Source: Squalus acanthias
Taxonomy: Eukaryota
Direction of reading: 5' to 3'
DNA length: 64,000 bases
Assembly: GCA_030390025.1 (NCBI GenBank)
Contig: CM059432.1
Span: 4,464,001-4,528,000, forward strand
The position numbers were made by a program, and so were the translations under genes. A model generated the notes under the pieces. It was not told the DNA's origin and made no database searches. It saw nothing but the letters and a program-made list of their open reading frames with translations. Shown piece by piece: positions 34,270 to 46,845 of the stretch; positions within the stretch are counted from its first letter, which is position 1, and each line of letters begins with the position of its first letter.

Positions 34270-35922
34270 GGGCCGTAATTTGCGGCCCCTACAGGGTGCG
34301 TACGAGGTGTGTACGCGGCCGTAGGGGCCGCGCAAGTTCTGGGTTTAGGCGTGCGAAGCGCATGCGTGGAAATCCAGAACGTGCGACCGGTCAAGAAGAT
34401 CACCCGCATCCCCAGGAGACGGGCCTCCGCGGGCGGGGAGTTGTGCTATTTGCCCAACCTCCGCCCGCTGAATGTCCGTGAAACTCTTACGCCGGGTAAA
34501 AGTAAACGTAGGGCCTGCTTTTACCAGGGTAAGAGTTTTAAAAAATAGAAAAACAAAATGTTATCACTCATTTATACTTTAAAAACCCAGTCCAATAAGG
34601 TAAGTTTATTTTTAGCCCTATTAGAATATATATGGGGGAAAAATTCAGTCGCGCCCCGTTTGGGGCGCAAATATCGTCCGGGCGCAAAAATTAGCGCCTG
34701 GCGCTAATTATCGCCACTGACTGGAAACTTCACTTTTAACGCCCCGGGAGGTGAGTGGAGCGCTAAATCAGGCGCTGCACACCTGTCTTAAGGCGCAAAG
34801 GCCGAGGAGTGAGGCGCTAACTCAGAGCGCGGGCGAAGCTCATGTAATGTCAGTCAGCAATGGAACACACACACAATGGCACGGGCCAGTTCTTAAAGGG
34901 GATGGTTAATCTTGCTTTCCATCCACATCCTGCTCATTGCAGCCTTGAATCTCGGCCTGGAGAGACTTGCACATCAAATGTGCTGGAAAGAACAATGGAG
35001 AGTACCAGGCAAAGAGCTCAGAGTGCAGCCCCCACAGTCTCTGCTAAATCAATACAAGGAATGGAAAATCAAAATGAACCTGCAAAGTGCTGCTCAGTAC
35101 CCAAAACTCCTTCACACAACGTTGAATCTCTCCAGAAGTCTCTCCCTCTCTCTCTCAGAATGCGTAGTTCAAAAATGGCACCAACAATAAAAGGCAGGAA
35201 GCGGTCACCTTTAAATAGCGCTCCCCCTTTCCCTTCATGACTGCAGAACGCTCCCCTCAACCTGTCGTTGCTAGCGTCAGGCGGTAACACAAGGGGCGCC
35301 ACTCAATATCCGCTCTGGGGCGATACCGGGGCGTTGCACACTCGAGTGACGTCATGATCTGCCGGCGCAGGAGATCGTGGCGGTATTGTTTAGCACCGCC
35401 GCAAAATGTCTAGTTAATTTCGCGAGCGGCGCAAACTTCGCCGCGCCCGGGCGCTAGATGCTTTGCGCCCCATTAGCGCCCTCTTAAGGCGCTAACGGGA
35501 GGCGCAACCAACTGAATTTTTCCCCCATACTTTTTTTTCAAAAAATTACATTTTTGTTTAAAATATTTAATTAAATGGCATTTTAATTAATTTTAAATAT
35601 GTAATTTTTTTAACTTATTTTATGTGTTCGTGTATTATTTAAGTGATCTCCATTCATGCTTATGACAGTTCTGTACATACGGAATCCACATAAGTATGAA
35701 TGCGGATTCCCTTCTGTCATTGGTTGGGCCAGCCCACATGATCCCAGGGGAGCTCACGAACCGCCTGCACCCCTGGGGTATGTGGGCCTCGACCTGCAGG
35801 TACCCGGAGAGGCCCAGGAGCGCGAGTCTACGAACCTCCCGGACCACCAGGTAAATTCGTAGATTTGTTGCAGGTTGGAGGCCTCCGCCCGCGGGAAGCC
35901 TCCGACCGCAAATGGTTGGGCC
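34270..35922. mobile_element. Harbinger-type MITE (family C-related) hosting family A copy 4
   Basis: Imperfect TIR GGGCCGTAATTTGCGG...CCGCAAATGGTTGGGCC; TSD ATT/AAT; GC-rich ends around an AT-rich core. Confidence 0.78.
34634..35526 (+). mobile_element. Harbinger-type MITE, family A, copy 4
   Basis: Perfect 16-bp TIR GGGGGAAAAATTCAGT...ACTGAATTTTTCCCCC; nearly identical to 31454-32346. Confidence 0.92.
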
Positions 35923-37264
35923 AATAGGACAGGTGACCAAAAGCTTGGTCAAAGAGGTAGGTTTTAAGGAGCGTCTTAAAGGAGGAAAGAGAGGTAGCGA
36001 GGCGGAGAGTTTTAGGGAGGGAATTCAAGAGCTTAGGGCCCGAGGCAGCTGAAGGCATGGCCGCCAATAGTGGAGCGATGGAAACCGGGGAAGCGCAAGA
36101 GGCCAGATTTGGAGGAGCGCAGAGATCTCGGAGGGCTGTAGGGCTGGAAGAGGTTCCAGAGATAGGGAGGGGGCGAGGCTATGGAGGGATCTGAACACAA
36201 GGATGAGAATGTTAAAATTGAGGCGTTGCCAGACCGGGAGCCAATGTAGGTCAGCGAGCACAGTGGGTGATGGGTGAACGGGACTTGGTACGAGTTAGGA
36301 CACGGGGGCAGCCAAGCTTTGGATGAGCACGAGTTTACAGAGGGTGGAAGGTGGGAGGCCGGCCAGGAGTGTGTTGGAATAATGGAGTCTGGAGGTAACA
36401 AAGGCACGGATGAGGGTTTCAGCAGCGGATGGGCTGAGACAGGGGAGGAGAGGGGCGACAAAATCAAATAACAACCTTCATCTTGTGTTGCATCTCATTC
36501 CAATAAAGCAGAAATGTGGCCCTGCAACAGCAAGAAAGGTCATTTCAAAGAAACTTCACAACCTGAAGCAGCTCATACACAATAATGAATCCAGCTCAGA
36601 GAATTTAAGGCAGCAATCAAACTTCAGGGACTCATGCCACACACATCAATCAGGAGCACAAAGCTCAAGTGATTTTTGACGTCACTGCAAGCTCTCAGCT
36701 GGACTATTGCACTGTAATTCACTGGAAAGCAGCTATTATCCTCTAGACGTAAGTAGATAGATTGAATCCTTGTAATTTTATTGGTTGAGAGAGCAAACAT
36801 TAACACATGGACAGATTCTATCTGGCAACGCTCCTAATCGCCATTCCAGCGCAATTTATGTTGAAATGAGGAAAAACAAAATTCAGGAAGCCCCTTAATT
36901 CTAAATATAATTATGCACAGCTTTCCGACTGCCGTTGATATATATTCCCCAGTTAGGAATTAACTTTCCGTCGCACAGACACAGTTGCTGAGGTGAGTTT
37001 TCAGGTTGGTCCAGAGCGTCTGGTTCTTAATCTTGAAGAGCGTTTGCAAACCCGGAGAGCTGTGTACGAACCTCTCTCTAGGTTCTCGTGATTGGGCTGT
37101 ACGGGCCGTGACAAAAATGAAGCGCGTTCGTCCGTGCTAGTTTATCGACTGGTTTATTTACTCTTGGCCACAGAGCACTGGGTTCTGTTGGTTATTTCTG
37201 CAAAGTACCGGAATACAGATTTCAGCCACTGCGGTTGCATGGACACTGGGATCAGTACCCTGAC

Positions 37265-37487
37265 AAGAATGCTACATAGAATGTACAGCACAGAAACTGG
37301 TCCGTGCCGGTGTTTCTGCTCCACACGAGCCTCCTCCCACCCCTCTTCATCTCACCCTATCACCCTGTCCTTCTATTCCTTTCTCCCTCATGTGTTTATC
37401 GAGCTTCCCCTTAAATGCATCTATACTGTTCGCCTCAACCACTCCCTGTGGTAGCGAGTTCCACATTCTCACCATTCTCTGGGTAAC
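37265..37487 (-). mobile_element. CR1 3' end
   Basis: Same family as 19335-19640. Confidence 0.8.
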
Positions 37488-37739
37488 ACTTGGAGTTAAT
37501 TGCATCGCAATGCCTTGGTTTTAAAAAAATAACTACCATTGTACATTACAATGGCCTTATTTTACAGCTAACTATGCCACAGGGTTAGCTTGAACACATG
37601 TTGTTTACCTCATTATAAGGGTACACTTGCTCTGTACTGACAAAAATAGGAAATATTAGTGCCTTACTCTTACTAATACTAATACTGCACAATGCATTAT
37701 TGGGAACTCATAACATACTGCTGTTGGCTTAGATGAGCC

Positions 37740-38150
37740 AATGAAAGAAAAAAGAACGAAAGACTTGCATTTCTACAGCACCTTTCACGACCACCGGACG
37801 TCCCAACACACTTTACAGCCAATGAAGTACTTTTTGAAGCGTAGTCACTGTTGTAATGCAGGAAGCGCAGCAGCCAATTTGCGCACAGCAAGCTCCCACA
37901 AACAGCAATGTGATAATGAGCAGATAATCTGTTTTAGTGCTGTTGATTGAGGGATAAATATTGGCCCCAGGACACCGGGGATAACTCCCCTGCTCCTCTT
38001 CAAAATAGTGGCCGTGGGAGCTTGTACCTCCACCTGAGAGTGCAGACGGGGCCTCGGTTTAACGTCTCATCCGAAAGACGGCACCTCCGACAGTGCGGCG
38101 CTCCCTCAGCACTGCACTGGGAGTGTCAGCCTAGATTTTTGTACTCAAAT
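37740..38150 (-). mobile_element. Deu-domain SINE
   Basis: Reverse complement of the core and tail. Confidence 0.85.
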
Positions 38151-38624
38151 CATTAAGAATGCAGCAAGAGTGGATCACTCTCAGCCTAGAGTGTGAGAAA
38201 GGGCGTTGGATGGATCCTTGACGGTTCAACTCCTTGTCAAGGAACCAATAAGGTTCACGAGCCAGCTCGGTGATTTTAACCCTGCCCGGTGGTCAGTTGA
38301 TATTGCCCAGGCTACTTAGCCGCCCTGGAGCTGCTGGGACCTGATGGTTTCCCCATTTTAAACTGCTCAACTGAACAGGGGGGCAAGCACACTCGCCCAA
38401 AACTCGGTGAGGTCCTTTTCTACATGTGGATGACAGCTTCTGATGATGTCATCGGGACCCGACTGCAATTTTAACTCACCGGCCTGAAGGGGAAGACACA
38501 GCGGCCCTCCAATTCTGGCCTCTTGCGCATCCCCGATTTTCATCATTCGACCATTGGCGGCCGTGCCTTCAGCTGCCTGGGCCCTAAGCTCTGGAATTCC
38601 CTCCCCTAAACCTCTCCCCCTCTC

Positions 38625-38966
38625 TTATAAGAACATAAGAACATAAGAAATAGGAGCAGGAGTCAGCCATACGGCCCCTCGAGCCTGCTCCGCCATTCAG
38701 TGAAATCATGGCTGATCTTCGACCTCGACTCCACTTTCCCGCCCCATCTCCGTATCCCTTGATTCCCCTAGAGTCCAAAAATCTATCGATCTCTCCTTGA
38801 ATATACTCAATGATTCAGCATCTACAACCCTCTGGGGTAGAGAATTCCAAAGATTCACCACCCTCTGAGTGAAGAAATTCCTCCTCATCTCAGTCTTAAA
38901 TGGCCGACCCCTTATCCTGAGACTATGCCCCCTAGTTCCAGACTCTCCAGCCAGGGAAACAACCTG
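38625..38966 (-). mobile_element. CR1 3' end with (CTTATGTT)n tail
   Basis: MRRNFFTQRVVNLWNSLPQR; a short L2 fragment precedes it at ~38510-38625. Confidence 0.88.
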
Positions 38967-39301
38967 TTAAAATGTTTAAATGTTAAACTAATTTCACTTT
39001 TTACATCTACTACTTACCCAATACTTACCAGAAATTCCCACTCTTTCCAAATTCCCAAATAAAATACTCTGTTTAAGAACACTCCGTTTTAATCCCACTC
39101 TGTGCTCTGCAGACCTGCTTACTCTTAAACATTTTTACTCTAGGAGCCTCACCCAATTTACAAGTGTTGACTCAGCTCCCCTGCTCCTGGTGATTAGCGT
39201 CTATTCAAGACAAACACTTACAGCTGATTGACAGTTAACTACCACTGGCAGGCAGCTTCTGTTAACTACAGTTTTTAACAGTTTTTTAACTACAGTTGAC
39301 T

Positions 39302-39338
39302 TTACCTGACGAAGGAGCAGCGCTCCGAAAGCTCGTGA
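39302..39338 (+). ncRNA. Minimal type-I hammerhead ribozyme motif in a ~95-bp Penelope-like fragment (family P2, ~39291-39385)
   Basis: UUAC CUGACGA A GGAGC AGC GCUCC GAAA GC U C GUGA; palindromic AGCU stem III; predicted cleavage after 39334; followed by AATAAA and ctgttggactataacctggtgttgtg. Confidence 0.8.
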
Positions 39339-39557
39339 TTTCAAATAAAACTGTTGGACTATAACCTGGTGTTGTGTGACTTCTCACAGTTTTTAAAGTT
39401 CGAGGTTGAAATCAAAATGTTAAACTAAATTTCACTTTTTACATCTATTACTTACCCAATACTTACCAGAAATTCCCACTCTTTCCAAATTATCAGATAA
39501 AACACTCTGTTTAAGTACACTCGATTTTAATCCTGCTCTGTGCAGACCGCTCTGTGC

Positions 39558-42500
39558 AAGAAAAGCAGTGGTCCTAGAACCAACCCCTGGGGAGCACCGC
39601 TGTGTACCTTCCTCCAGTCTGAAAAACAACTGTTCACCACTAACTCTCGGTTTCCTGTCACTTAGCCAATTCTGTATCCATGCTGCCACTGTCACTTTAA
39701 ATTCCATGGGCTTCAGCTTTGCTGGCAAGCCTATTATGTGGCACTTCATCAAATGCCTTTTGGAAGTCCATGTACATCACATCAACTGCATGGCCCTCAT
39801 CAACCTTCTCTGTTACCTCATCAAAAAACTCAATCAAGTTAGTTAAACATGATTTGCCTTTAACAAATCCATGCTGGCTTTCCTTAATTAATCCACACTT
39901 GTCCAAGTGACTGTTAATTTTGTCTCGGCTTATCGTTTCTAAAAGTTTCCCCACTACCGAGATTAAACTGACTAGTCGCTGGATTTATCTTTACACCCTT
40001 TTTTAAACACGGGTGTAACATTTGCAATTCTCCAGTCCTCTGCCACCACCCCCGTATCTAAGCAGGATTGGAAGATTATGGCCAGTACCTCCGCGATTTC
40101 CACCTTTACTTCACTCAGCGTCCTAGGATGCATCCCATCTGGTCCTGGTCACTTATCTACTTTAAGTACAGCCAGCCTTTCTAATACCCACCCAGTATCT
40201 CAACTACCTCCTCTTTCACTATGACTTTGGCAGCATCTTCTTCATTGGTAAAGACAGATGCAAAGTACTCATTTAGTACCTCAGCCATACCCTCTGCCTC
40301 CATGCATAGGTCTCCATATTGGTCCCTAATCAGCCCCACCCCTCCTCTTACTACTCATTTACTATTTATATGCCTATAGAAGACTTTTGGATTCCCTTTT
40401 ATGTTAGCAGCCATTCTATTCTCATACCCTCTCTTTGTCCCTCTTATTCTCTTTTTCACTTCCCCTCTGAACTTTTTATATTCAGCCTGATTCTCACTTG
40501 TATTCTCAACCTGACATCTGTCATACACGCTCTTTTTCTGCTTCATCATATTCCCTATCTCTTTTGTCATCTAGGGAGCTCTGACTTTGGTTGCCCTACC
40601 TTTCCCCCTCGTGGGAATGTACCTCGACTGTTCCCGAACCATCTCCGCTTTAAAGGCAGCCTATTGTTTGAATTACGGTTTTGCCTGCCAATCTTTGGGG
40701 CAATTTTGCAAGCCCTGGGGAGGCGGGTATGGAGGCGGGACTGCCGGGAAAATGGCAGAATTTGGGGGCGGGTGTCCATCCCACCCCCAACCCACCTCCA
40801 TGCCATCTTCCCAGGAGGCGGGTAGCTGTCCCGCGTTGGGTCCCATCTCCTTGGAGGCGGGATGGGATTAAAGCCTATTAACTGCCTGTTAACAGGTACT
40901 TAACAGGCAGAAAATAGGATTATCCCCTTTTTGCCCTCAAGTGCGGGCTTCCCGAAGGCTCCAAAACACGCCAGGTCAGCGAGGCGAGTACTGGGTCTGC
41001 GGGGGTTGGGGGGGTGCAAAAGTGTGCTGTGGAGGTAAGTGATGGGTGCAAGAGTGTAGAGGTGAGTATCTGAGGTAAGTGCAAAGTGTTATTAAAAGTG
41101 TACTTACCTTTGTTTCTCCCTGCAGGCTTCAGTCGGTGTGTTTGCGGAGAGTCTCGGACCTCCGTGTTGCAGATGACAGATGGCCGTTGCATTCTTAGAT
41201 GCAACAACCATCTAATTTCTGCTAAAGAAAGAGGTTTGATGAGTCTTGAATTCAAGACCTCATCAAACTACAGAGAATGTCAGTGTTTGACAGCTTCACA
41301 GAGCTGTCAAACGATGACAATTCATCTGTCAAAAATTTTTGACAGATGAAACGTCATACGTTGACGTTCTCTGCAACCGGCTTTCCCTTAATTGGCCTGC
41401 TGAGCCCGCTAGGCGGGCTTAACAAGGTCAATCAAGGGAAAATAGCGTGGGTTGGCCACAAAATCGAAGGAGGCGGAACTAAAACCCGACAAGCAGCAGT
41501 CCCGCCTCCAACGTGCCCCCATTAACAAAATCGCCCCCTTTGATTCCAATTTACCCGGGCCAGATCCATTCTCAACCCACTGAAATTGGCCTTCCTCCAA
41601 TTAAGTATTTTTACTCTAGATTGCTCCCTGTCCTTTTCCATAGCTAATCTAAACCTTATGATACTATGATCACTGTTCCCTAAATGTTCACCTACTGACA
41701 CTTGCTCCACTTGACCTACCTCATTCCCCAGAACCAGATCCAGCAATGCCTCCTCCCTCGTTGGGCTGGAAACGTACTGATCAAGAAAGTTCTCCTGAAC
41801 TCACTTCAGAAATTCTCCCCCCTCTCTGTCCATTACACTATTACTATCCCAGTCTATATTAGGAGAGTTGAAGTCTCCCATTATCACTACTCTATAGTTC
41901 TTGCACCTCTCTGTAATTTCCCTGCAAATTTGCTCCTCTATATCCTTCCCACTAGTTGGTGGCCTATAGAATACACCTAGCAATGTAATGGGACCTCTAT
42001 TGATTCTTAACTCTAACCAAATAGATTCAGTTCTTGACCCCTCCAGGACATCCTCTCTCTCCAGCACTGTAACATTCTCCTGAATCAATACTGCCACCCC
42101 ACCTCCTTTCTTTCCTTCCCTATCATTCCTGAACACCTTATAACCAGGAATATTTAAAACCCACTCCTGCCCTTTTTTGAGCCAGGTCTCCATTATCGCC
42201 ACGACATTATATTCCCTTGTGGCTATTTGCGCCTGCAGCTCACCAACCTTATTTACCACGCTTCGTGCATTTACACACATGCACTGTAAACCTGTCTTAG
42301 ACATTCTTGTATTCTCTCTTAGTCTGACCCCACCTAATATTTTCTATTTCTTACTCTACTGCTATCTGCCTCTCCCAATCCTTTGTGCACCTTGTTTCTC
42401 CTTTCTAATGCCACATCCTGGTGCCCATCCCCCTGCCAAATTAGTTTTAACCCTCCCCAACAGCAATAGCAAAAACCCCCGCGAGGACATTGGTCCCAGC

Positions 42501-43030
42501 TCTGTTGAGGTGCAACCAGTCCGGCCTGTACAGATCCCACCTCCCCCAGAACCGGTCCCAATGTCCCAGGAATCTAAAGCCCGCCCTCCTGCACCATCTC
42601 TTCAGCCACGCATTCATCTGTTCTATCCTCCTATTCCTGTACTCACTAGCATGTGGCACCAGGAGTAATCCAGAGATTACTACTTTTAAGTTCCTGCTTT
42701 TTAATCTCTTTCCTAGCTCCCCATAGTCTGCCTGCAGGACCTCATCCCTCTTTCTGCCTATGTCATTGGTACCGATATAGACCACAACCTCTGGCTATTC
42801 GCCCTCCCCCCTCAGAGTGTCCTGCAGCCGCTCAGTGACATCCTTGACCCTGGCACCAGGGAGGCAACATACCATCCAGGAATCACGTCTGCGGCTGCAG
42901 AAACACCTGTCTGTTCCCCTAACTATCGAATCTCCTATCACTGTTGCTTTCCCAATCTTCCTCCTCCCCTCCTGTACAACTGAGCCACCCATGGGGCCAT
43001 GGACTTGGCTCTGGCTGCACTCACCAGAGG
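39558..43030 (-). mobile_element. Large internal CR1 fragment (ORF1 esterase, endonuclease, N-terminal RT) with a MITE at 40697-41538
   Basis: VIGDSIVRGTD, YIGTNDIG, DWLHLNRAG, CVNARSV, ETWL, GDFN, QHGFVKGKSCLTNLIEFF, YMDFQKAFD. Confidence 0.93.
40697..41538. mobile_element. Harbinger-type MITE (related to 3918-4763)
   Basis: TIR GGGGCAATTTTG...CAAAATCGCCCCC, exact TSD TTT; CR1 is continuous across it. Confidence 0.88.
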
Positions 43031-43074
43031 AACCATCGTCCTCACCAGGCTTCCCGACACGCTTCCAATTATTC

Positions 43075-43928
43075 CCATAGAAACATAGAAACATAGAAGA
43101 TAGGAGCAGGAGTAGGCCATTCGGCCTCTCGAGCCTGTTCCGCCATTTAATGAGATCATGGCTGATCATCCAAATTCAGTACCCTGTCCCTGCCTTCTCC
43201 CCATATCCCTTGATCCCTTTAGCCTTAAGAAATATATCCAACTCCTTCTTGAATATATTTAATGAATTGGCCTCAACTGCCTTGTGTGGTAGAGAATTCC
43301 ACAGGTTCACCACTCTCTGGGTGAAGAAATTCCTCCTCATCTCAGTCCTAAATGGCTTACCCCTTATCCTTAGACTGTGACCCCTGGTTCTGGACTCCCC
43401 CGCCATCGGGAACATCCTTCCTGCATCTAGTCTGTCTCGTCCTGTTAGAATTTTATAAGTTTCAATGAGATCCCCTCTCATTCTTCTAAACTCTAGCAAA
43501 TATAAGCCTAATCAACCCAATCTCTCCTCATACGTCATTCCTGCCATCCCAGGTTTCAGTCTGGTGAATCTTCGCTGCACTCTCTCCATGGCAAGAACAT
43601 CCTTCCTCAGATAAGGTGACCAAAACTGCACACAATACTCAAGGTGTGGTCTCACCAAGGCCCTGTACAACTGCAGCAAGACATCCTTGCTCCTGTACTC
43701 GAATCCTCTCGCTATGAAGGCCAACATACCATTTGCCTTCTTAACCGCCTGCTGCACCTGCATGCTTACCTTCAGCGACTGGTGCACAAGGACACCCAGG
43801 TCTCGTTGCACTTCCCCTTTTCCCAATCTATTGCCGTTCAGATAATAATCTGTCTTCCTGCTTTTGCCACCGAAGTGGATAACCTCGTATTTATCCACAT
43901 GATACTGCATTTGCCATGCATCTGCCCA
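43075..43928 (-). mobile_element. CR1 3' end with (CTATGTTT)n tail
   Basis: ORFs 43512-43910 and 43176-43499; near-identical to 53000-53850. Confidence 0.92.
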
Positions 43929-44064
43929 TTTAATCCCCCATCTGCGCCCACTCTCACCCGCTCACTTATGTTAAAATTACCCCCTTTCTTTCAGATTGGA
44001 GAAGGTAGAATTTTAGAACAAATTTTAGAATGGCATAAAAAGGCCATTCAGCCCATCAAGCCTT

Positions 44065-44535
44065 TATGAGGATGTTGCCTGGGCTGGAGAATTTTAGCTA
44101 TGAGGAAGGGTTGAATAGGCTGGGTTGTTTTCTTTGGAACAGAGGAGACTGAGGGGAGATTTAATTGAGGTGGATAAAATTATGAGGGGCCTAAATAGAG
44201 TGGATAGGAAGGACCTATTTCCCTTAGCAGAGAGGTCAATAACCAGGGGGCAGAGATTTAAAGTAATTGGTAGAAGGATTAGAGGAGATTTGAGGAGAAC
44301 TTTCTTCACCCAGAGGGTGGTGGGGGTCTGGAACTCACTGCCTGAAAGGGTGGTAGAGGCAGAAACCCTCACCACATTTAAAAAGTACTTGGATATGCAC
44401 TTGAAGTGCTGTAACCTACAGGACCACGGACCAAGAGCTGGAAAGTGGGATTAGGCTGGATAGCTCTTTGTCGGCTGGCACAGACACGATGGGCTGAATG
44501 GCCTCCTTCTGTGCCGTAAATTTCAATGATTCTCT
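44065..44535 (+). mobile_element. CR1 3' end
   Basis: FSLEQRRLRGDLIEV...FFTQRVVGVWNSLP. Confidence 0.9.
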
Positions 44536-45294
44536 GAAGCCACGACACCCAATGAGTTGTGGGATTTTCCAGCGCTGGCCCTTTCCTGGCACAAAGTATT
44601 TGCAAAATATATGATTGTAATTATTTATTTTTTATTCATTCACAGGATGTGGGCACCGTTGGCAAGGCCAGAATTTATTGCCCATCCCTAATTGCCCTTA
44701 AGAAGATGGTGGTGAGCAGTTAAAGGATAGTAGTGAACCAGATGGGTTTTTACAACAACCCAGCCATTTCATAGTCACCATTACTGATCCAGATTTATTT
44801 AATAACTGAATTCAAATGCCCCAGCTGCCAGTGGTGGGATTTGAACTCACGTCTATACCGCATCAGTAGGCCAGGACCTAGAGGATTACTCGTTCAGTAA
44901 CATACCCACTATGCTACCCTACCCCTATGCTGATGTCAGGAAGCACTTCTTCTTCACACAAAGGGTAGTGAAAACTTGGAACTCTCTCCCCCCCCAAAAA
45001 AAGCTGCCGAGGCTGGGGGGTGGGGGGTCAATTGAAAATTTCAAAACTGAGATTGATAGATTTTTGTTCGGCATTATAAATCAGAAAAGAAAACATAGAA
45101 TTTAAATTCTAAAGGAAAATAATGGTACCACAGCATCAGTCATCACAAAATAAGCATAACCCTGCATGACTGGAAATGCAAATTTACTTTTAGAATAAAT
45201 ATAGACACAGTTCGCTGGGGCCAGATAACTATCTGAATGCCTTGAATGCCTGGGAATATGGCACAAAGGTGGAGTTAGCTACACTACTCAGACA

Positions 45295-45760
45295 AAGCAA
45301 AGAAAAGACTCCCATTTCTTCAGCGATTTAATGACCTCAGGTCGTCCCAAAGCACTTTACAAACAATGAAGTACTTTTTGAAGTGTTGTCACTGTTGTAA
45401 TGTAGGAAACACGGCAGCCAATTTGCGCACAGCAAGCTCCCACAAACAGCAATGTGATAACGACCAGATAATCTGTGGGGTTTTTTTTAGTGATGTTTGT
45501 TGAAGGACAGTGATGTTGGCCCAGGACGCCGGGGATAACTCCCCTGCTCTTCTTCGAAATAGCGGCCATGGGATCTTTTACGTCCACCTGAGAGGGCAGC
45601 GGGGGCCTCGGTTTAACATCTCCTCCGAAAGACGGCACCTCCGACCGTGCGGCGCTCCCTCAGCACCGCACTGGGAGTGTCAGCCGAGATTTTTGTGCTC
45701 AAGTCCCTGGAGCGGGACTTGAACCCACGACTTCCTGATTCAGAGGCGAGCGTTGTAACC
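45295..45760 (-). mobile_element. Deu-domain SINE, full length
   Basis: Reverse complement of the family consensus, including the head. Confidence 0.85.
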
Positions 45761-46108
45761 CATAATCTTCTGAATTTATGTTCTATTGTTTTTGAATTTA
45801 CAATTTTATTCATACTTTCTCTGGTGAAGTCAGACTAAAAACTACAAGCATAAACAAAATTAGATCGTAACATAAAATATAGAAGACCTGAAGTTGTTTA
45901 GTACATCTTTATAGTCTTGGTTGCATTATTTCTATTTAAAGAAGTTTATTATTATGTTGCCACTTTGTTCCTTTTACTTTGAATTATCTCCTGGTTCTTC
46001 TCAATGCACCCTCTGTATCTACACTAATGTTCCATGGACCATCTGTGTGTCTTAATAAAATTAGAAGTCGCACAACACCAGGTTATAGTCCAACAGATTT
46101 ATTTAATT

Positions 46109-46147
46109 TTACAAGCTTTCGAAGCAGTTCGCTCCTTCGTCAGGTAA
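46109..46147 (-). ncRNA. Minimal type-I hammerhead ribozyme motif in a Penelope-like fragment (family P2, ~46062-46150)
   Basis: Minus strand reads UUAC CUGACGA A GGAGC GAACU GCUUC GAAA GC U U GUAA; downstream aataaatctgttggactataacctggtgttgtg matches the 39302 copy. Confidence 0.8.
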
Positions 46148-46394
46148 GTTAGCAATGAGAGAATCTCCCAGAATTCACAATTTAAACCCAGACAAAATCT
46201 ATTCACATTATTCCCTACAACAAAGAGCACAGCCAAGACAATGAGATGTGTCCCAGGGGGTCCAACGTGTCAAACCACCTGCTGGCTGCATATCCTGTCA
46301 ATTTGTGTTCTTGTGTTAGACTTTTTTTAAAAAAAACACCTGGGAAGACCGGCCATGATGTCAAGTCACGTTCTGTATTAATAAAATTATGCAG

Positions 46395-46845
46395 GATCAT
46401 AGCAGCAGGAGGAGGCCATTCTGCCCCTCGAGCCTGTTCCACCATTCCATGAGATCATGGTTGATCTGTATCTCAATTCCATTTACCCGTCTTGGTTCCA
46501 TAACCCTTAATACCCTTGCCTAACAAAAATCTACCAATCTCAGTTTTGAAATTTTCAATTGACCCCCCCCAGCCTCAACAGCTTTTTGGGGGAGAGAGTT
46601 CCAGATTTCCACCACCCTTTGTGTGAAGAAGTGCTTCCTGACATCACCCCTGAATGGCCTGGCTCTAATTTTAAGGTTACGCCCCCCTTGTTCTGGACTC
46701 TCCATCTACCCTATCAACTCCTTTTAATCATCTTCAACACCTCAATCAGATCACCCCTTAATCTTCTATATTCAAGGGAATACAAGCTTAGTCAATGCAA
46801 CCTGTCCTGATAATTTAACCCGTTTAGCCCCGGTATCATTCTGGT
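46395..46845 (-). mobile_element. CR1 3' end
   Basis: RKHFFTQRVVEIWNSLPQKAVEA. Confidence 0.85.

Larger units (their letters stand above)
34156..36458 (-). mobile_element. L2 LINE 3' fragment split by nested MITEs (34270-35922)
   Basis: LADLHWLPVWQRLNFNILILVFRSLHSLAP, GGHAFSCLGP, (TTG)n tail at ~34156-34170; host sequence gagatatt|aggacaggtgacc is continuous across the insertion. Confidence 0.88.
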
